Origin: Trichosphaerium sp. ATCC 40318 | Lineage: Eukaryota; Protista; Tubulinea | Direction: 5' to 3' | Assembly: GCA_038496445.1 (NCBI GenBank) | Contig: JALMLS010000064.1 | Coordinates: 248,001 to 312,000 of the forward strand | Length of the DNA: 64,000 nt | Part shown: piece after piece, positions 61,301 to 64,000 of the stretch | How the letters are laid out: each line of letters opens with the position of its first letter | Position numbering within the stretch: position 1 is the first letter of the stretch | Program-made: the position numbers and the translations under genes | The notes under the pieces: model-generated | Told to the model about the DNA's origin: nothing | What the model saw: the letters and a program-made list of their open reading frames with translations, nothing else | The model's database searches: none

Positions 61301-62401
61301 TAAATTAGACTGGTTTTTTGTAGAATAGCTCTTTGTGTTTACCTGTAGTTTCTCAGTGGCTGGGACGGGTTTGATATCAAGTGAAAAAGTAACGTTTGGC
61401 GTATTTCCATACGCTCGAGTGGAGCTGAAGAGCTTGACGTATATAGTATGCTTCCCAGCGGTTAGGGGAACTAGAATCGAAACGAGTTAGTAGAGTTTTA
61501 GGGAAAGGAGCGTAACCTGATGAATAGAAGTTAGGTTCTTCTATCCAATCACCATGGCCGTGGTAACCGTCAGGTCCATCAATCCAGAATTCTTTTGATA
61601 CCTTCAATTGAATCAAGTAGCTGAGATAGTTAATTTCGCTACGTGGAAGATAGTGCGTACTTGCCGGTCTCTGCAACTTCAAAATCTCCAATAGCATAGC
61701 CTGTTTGTTGTAAGTCAAAGATATTTAACAAGTGTCTTTCGAGTGCATGGGTAAAACCGTAAAAAAAGTTGATGTGAAGATCTGCTCAGAGACACGTTTA
61801 AAACGAAAAGGTATTACAATCTATAGCCGTAAAAAAACTCTAAAAACCAAGATAAGGGCGTTCCAAAACGATTTGACACAACCCAGATCTTAGTTTGTAA
61901 ATTGATAAATTGGTAACCTTTCAAAGATATTTTACGCTACCTTGCCACAAGAGAATAGCCCATCCGTATGGTCCTTGTAAAAAACTTTGCTCCCAATAGT
62001 TGAAAGATGCTTTTACTGTACCATCTTCACAGGCTGCAGTTGTCCACGAAACCTACAAAGAACATGTTAACGAACATTACAAAACATGTGTAAAAAAGAT
62101 TGAGTGCCGTTTTGAGCAAAAAACTTACCTCGCCTCCTGGACCTAGTTCACTCGGATATTTTGTTTTATCTGCTCTAGGTATTTTAAATATACCACCAAA
62201 AGCTTCAAGTGTATCACCTAGAACTTCTCTCATTCCTTGATAGTATTTTAGTTAACGTTAAATACACGTTTTGTTACGTTAGAACTGTCAAGTACCTCCA
62301 GGGAACGGGCCAATAATATCAAACGTTGTTGGGAGCGATATAACAGAACCAGCACATTTTACAACCAAAAGTGCCAGCAAACACAAAAGTACACACTTCA
62401 T
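58363..62401 (-). CDS. Large secreted alpha/beta-hydrolase (peptidase S9-like)
   Basis: Signal peptide MKCVLLCLLALLV; LHGAGV, RKPWGFDWHGP, YAGHSM|GGAG nucleophile elbow, GALDENVPP (Asp), HWWD (His). Confidence 0.85.
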
Positions 62402-62418
62402 TGACGTGTTTTTTGCTG

Positions 62419-64000
62419 TTTTTTTTTTTTTTTTTATGAAAGTGGGTATTTGACGAGTCAAAGTTCCTCAGAGTCCTTAATTGGATCGCACGTAAGTCAC
62501 GGCGGCGGTAGCCGCCGTGTACCTTTCCCAAGGCGTGCAGAGCACGCCTCTTACATGGGGTTAGGTAGTCTGAGTCAACCCACTGTTTGTCCTTTCAGGT
62601 AGGTCTAGACCTTCCCCAGAACGGTTTAAGTATTAGATTTATGTGATAGGTGGTTCTGTAAACCTCCTATATATTTCATCCATTTCAGGGCATTCTACAT
62701 ACTCACTCGTAAAATATTTCCACCAGTCTTCATGTTTAGTACACCTAGACTTGTATATCTCGTGTAAATTTCCCACCAATATTGTTTGCACTTCTCGTAG
62801 AGTACGATATACCATTTTGTCTTTGAAACCTTGTTTTACCATATCTTCCCGAAGACCTTTAGGTATATATGCCTTAGCTCCAAGCTCTCTGACCACTTTT
62901 GTGGGCGCATATTTCACTCTATAGTTAACAAGGTCATTGGCAGATGGCCAAAACCTTTTATAAACTACACCTGGCAAGTTATCATCTATGACTTTTTTAA
63001 TACGTTTTGCACTACGAATTCTAATGTGTTCATGTTCCACACAGTCTGCTAGTATGTGCATAGTAGTCTCTTCCGCTGGACAGAAAATACAAGTGCTATC
63101 AGAGTACTTTCTAGAATCAACCCCTTTCCACCCTTTGACAACACGGTCATGCATCATGCTTCTACTACACAATTTATTGTTTCTAGCTTTAAACAGCACC
63201 ATGTTGCTTTTAGACATAGAATAGTCTTCCTTACCACCATTAATGACAGAAAGCTCCATATCTGCCATATGCATTATAGGACGACGATTAACCAACTCTG
63301 TTGTAGCATTTTCTTTGTGTTTATTATCTATGTACTTACGTATATTACCCTCAACAAGCTTCATATCTTTATCATATATGGAGAAGTCCAACGGACCTGT
63401 AATAGGCTTCCCTTCAGGTACCATTTCATTACGACCCATATTAGCCAGTAAATCTGCTTTCTCATTACCTTCTAGCACCCATTCTAAATCCTCTCCAAAC
63501 ACTTCCTGTAACTTGTCCATTTCATTCTTCAAAGCTTCTAGTTTTTTAGGTCGTTTCTTATATGCTCTGAGTTTATTGTCGTAGTGACTAGGAACTTTAT
63601 GCCATGACACATCACCACCACTGTTGGCCCTAAGCAACATAACCTCTCTAAGTTCTTTAATAATAGCCGCATTGGGCGAGAAGGGACACACTTTATCAGC
63701 TGTAGCGACTTTAATGACATATGTAGAATCTGTAATTAGTCTGAGTTTATATTGCATGGGAACCACTTTAAGCGCTATAACCGCCGCTTCCAGTTCCGCT
63801 GCGTCAATGTCTTGTTTAGTTGTAGCTCGACACGCAACATTACTCCTATTTTCAAATCCGAAGTAAACACCTACTCCAGTGGAATTACCAGCAGCCATAC
63901 GTATTCTAGAACCGTCAGTCCATACACACACTGCATCTTCATGCCATGTCCACTCTTCCGCTTCAGATGATCTGTATACACAGGCATCTTCCCTGACAAT
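62419..64000 (-). mobile_element. 3' end of a non-LTR retrotransposon (RNase H + CCHC finger, structured 3' UTR, A17 tail)
   Basis: Intronless frame open to the window edge; ~200-nt 3' UTR then 17 A (T-run 62419-62435). Confidence 0.88.
62639..64000 (-). CDS. Retrotransposon ORF2 C-terminal part (RNase H, zinc finger); partial
   Basis: VWTDGS, GVGVYFG, AELEAAVIAL, ITDSTYVI, KVPSH, GNEKADLLA (RNase H); CIFCPAEETTMHILADC (C-x2-C-x7-H-x4-C). Confidence 0.92.
   Translation of the reverse strand: MVREDACVYRSSEAEEWTWHEDAVCVWTDGSRIRMAAGNSTGVGVYFGFENRSNVACRATTKQDIDAAELEAAVIALKVVPMQYKLRLITDSTYVIKVATADKVCPFSPNAAIIKELREVMLLRANSGGDVSWHKVPSHYDNKLRAYKKRPKKLEALKNEMDKLQEVFGEDLEWVLEGNEKADLLANMGRNEMVPEGKPITGPLDFSIYDKDMKLVEGNIRKYIDNKHKENATTELVNRRPIMHMADMELSVINGGKEDYSMSKSNMVLFKARNNKLCSRSMMHDRVVKGWKGVDSRKYSDSTCIFCPAEETTMHILADCVEHEHIRIRSAKRIKKVIDDNLPGVVYKRFWPSANDLVNYRVKYAPTKVVRELGAKAYIPKGLREDMVKQGFKDKMVYRTLREVQTILVGNLHEIYKSRCTKHEDWWKYFTSEYVECPEMDEIYRRFTEPPIT

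Overview
Gene-dense, AT-rich eukaryotic nuclear DNA with many short GT-AG introns. It is most consistent with a free-living amoeba (inference from an Arpin orthologue, a dispersed 5S rRNA starting GGATAC and a U12-type intron). About 30 protein-coding loci can be read, including CDC123, a FAD oxidoreductase, BTG/Tob, thymidylate kinase, phosphatidate cytidylyltransferase, RNPS1, PEX12, a UBC4/5-type E2, Arpin, a TauE transporter, a PL7 alginate lyase and an S9-like hydrolase. RNA genes are tRNA-Val(AAC), a 5S rRNA and three intronic box C/D snoRNA-like copies. Mobile DNA comprises a 261-bp MITE with a target-site duplication and the 3' end of an RNase H-bearing non-LTR retrotransposon. The strongest candidates for new biology are: (i) a dense, rapidly turning-over set of F-box + variable-repeat (LRR, MORN, WD40, SPRY) ubiquitin-ligase adaptors, including an intronless LRR gene with alternating modules that vary mainly on the binding face; (ii) several unexplained structured RNAs (a ~116-nt Pol III-like RNA, an RNase P/MRP-like island, intronic folds, the retroelement 3' UTR). 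Spliced-gene boundaries were read by eye and some are approximate; no database searches were run.
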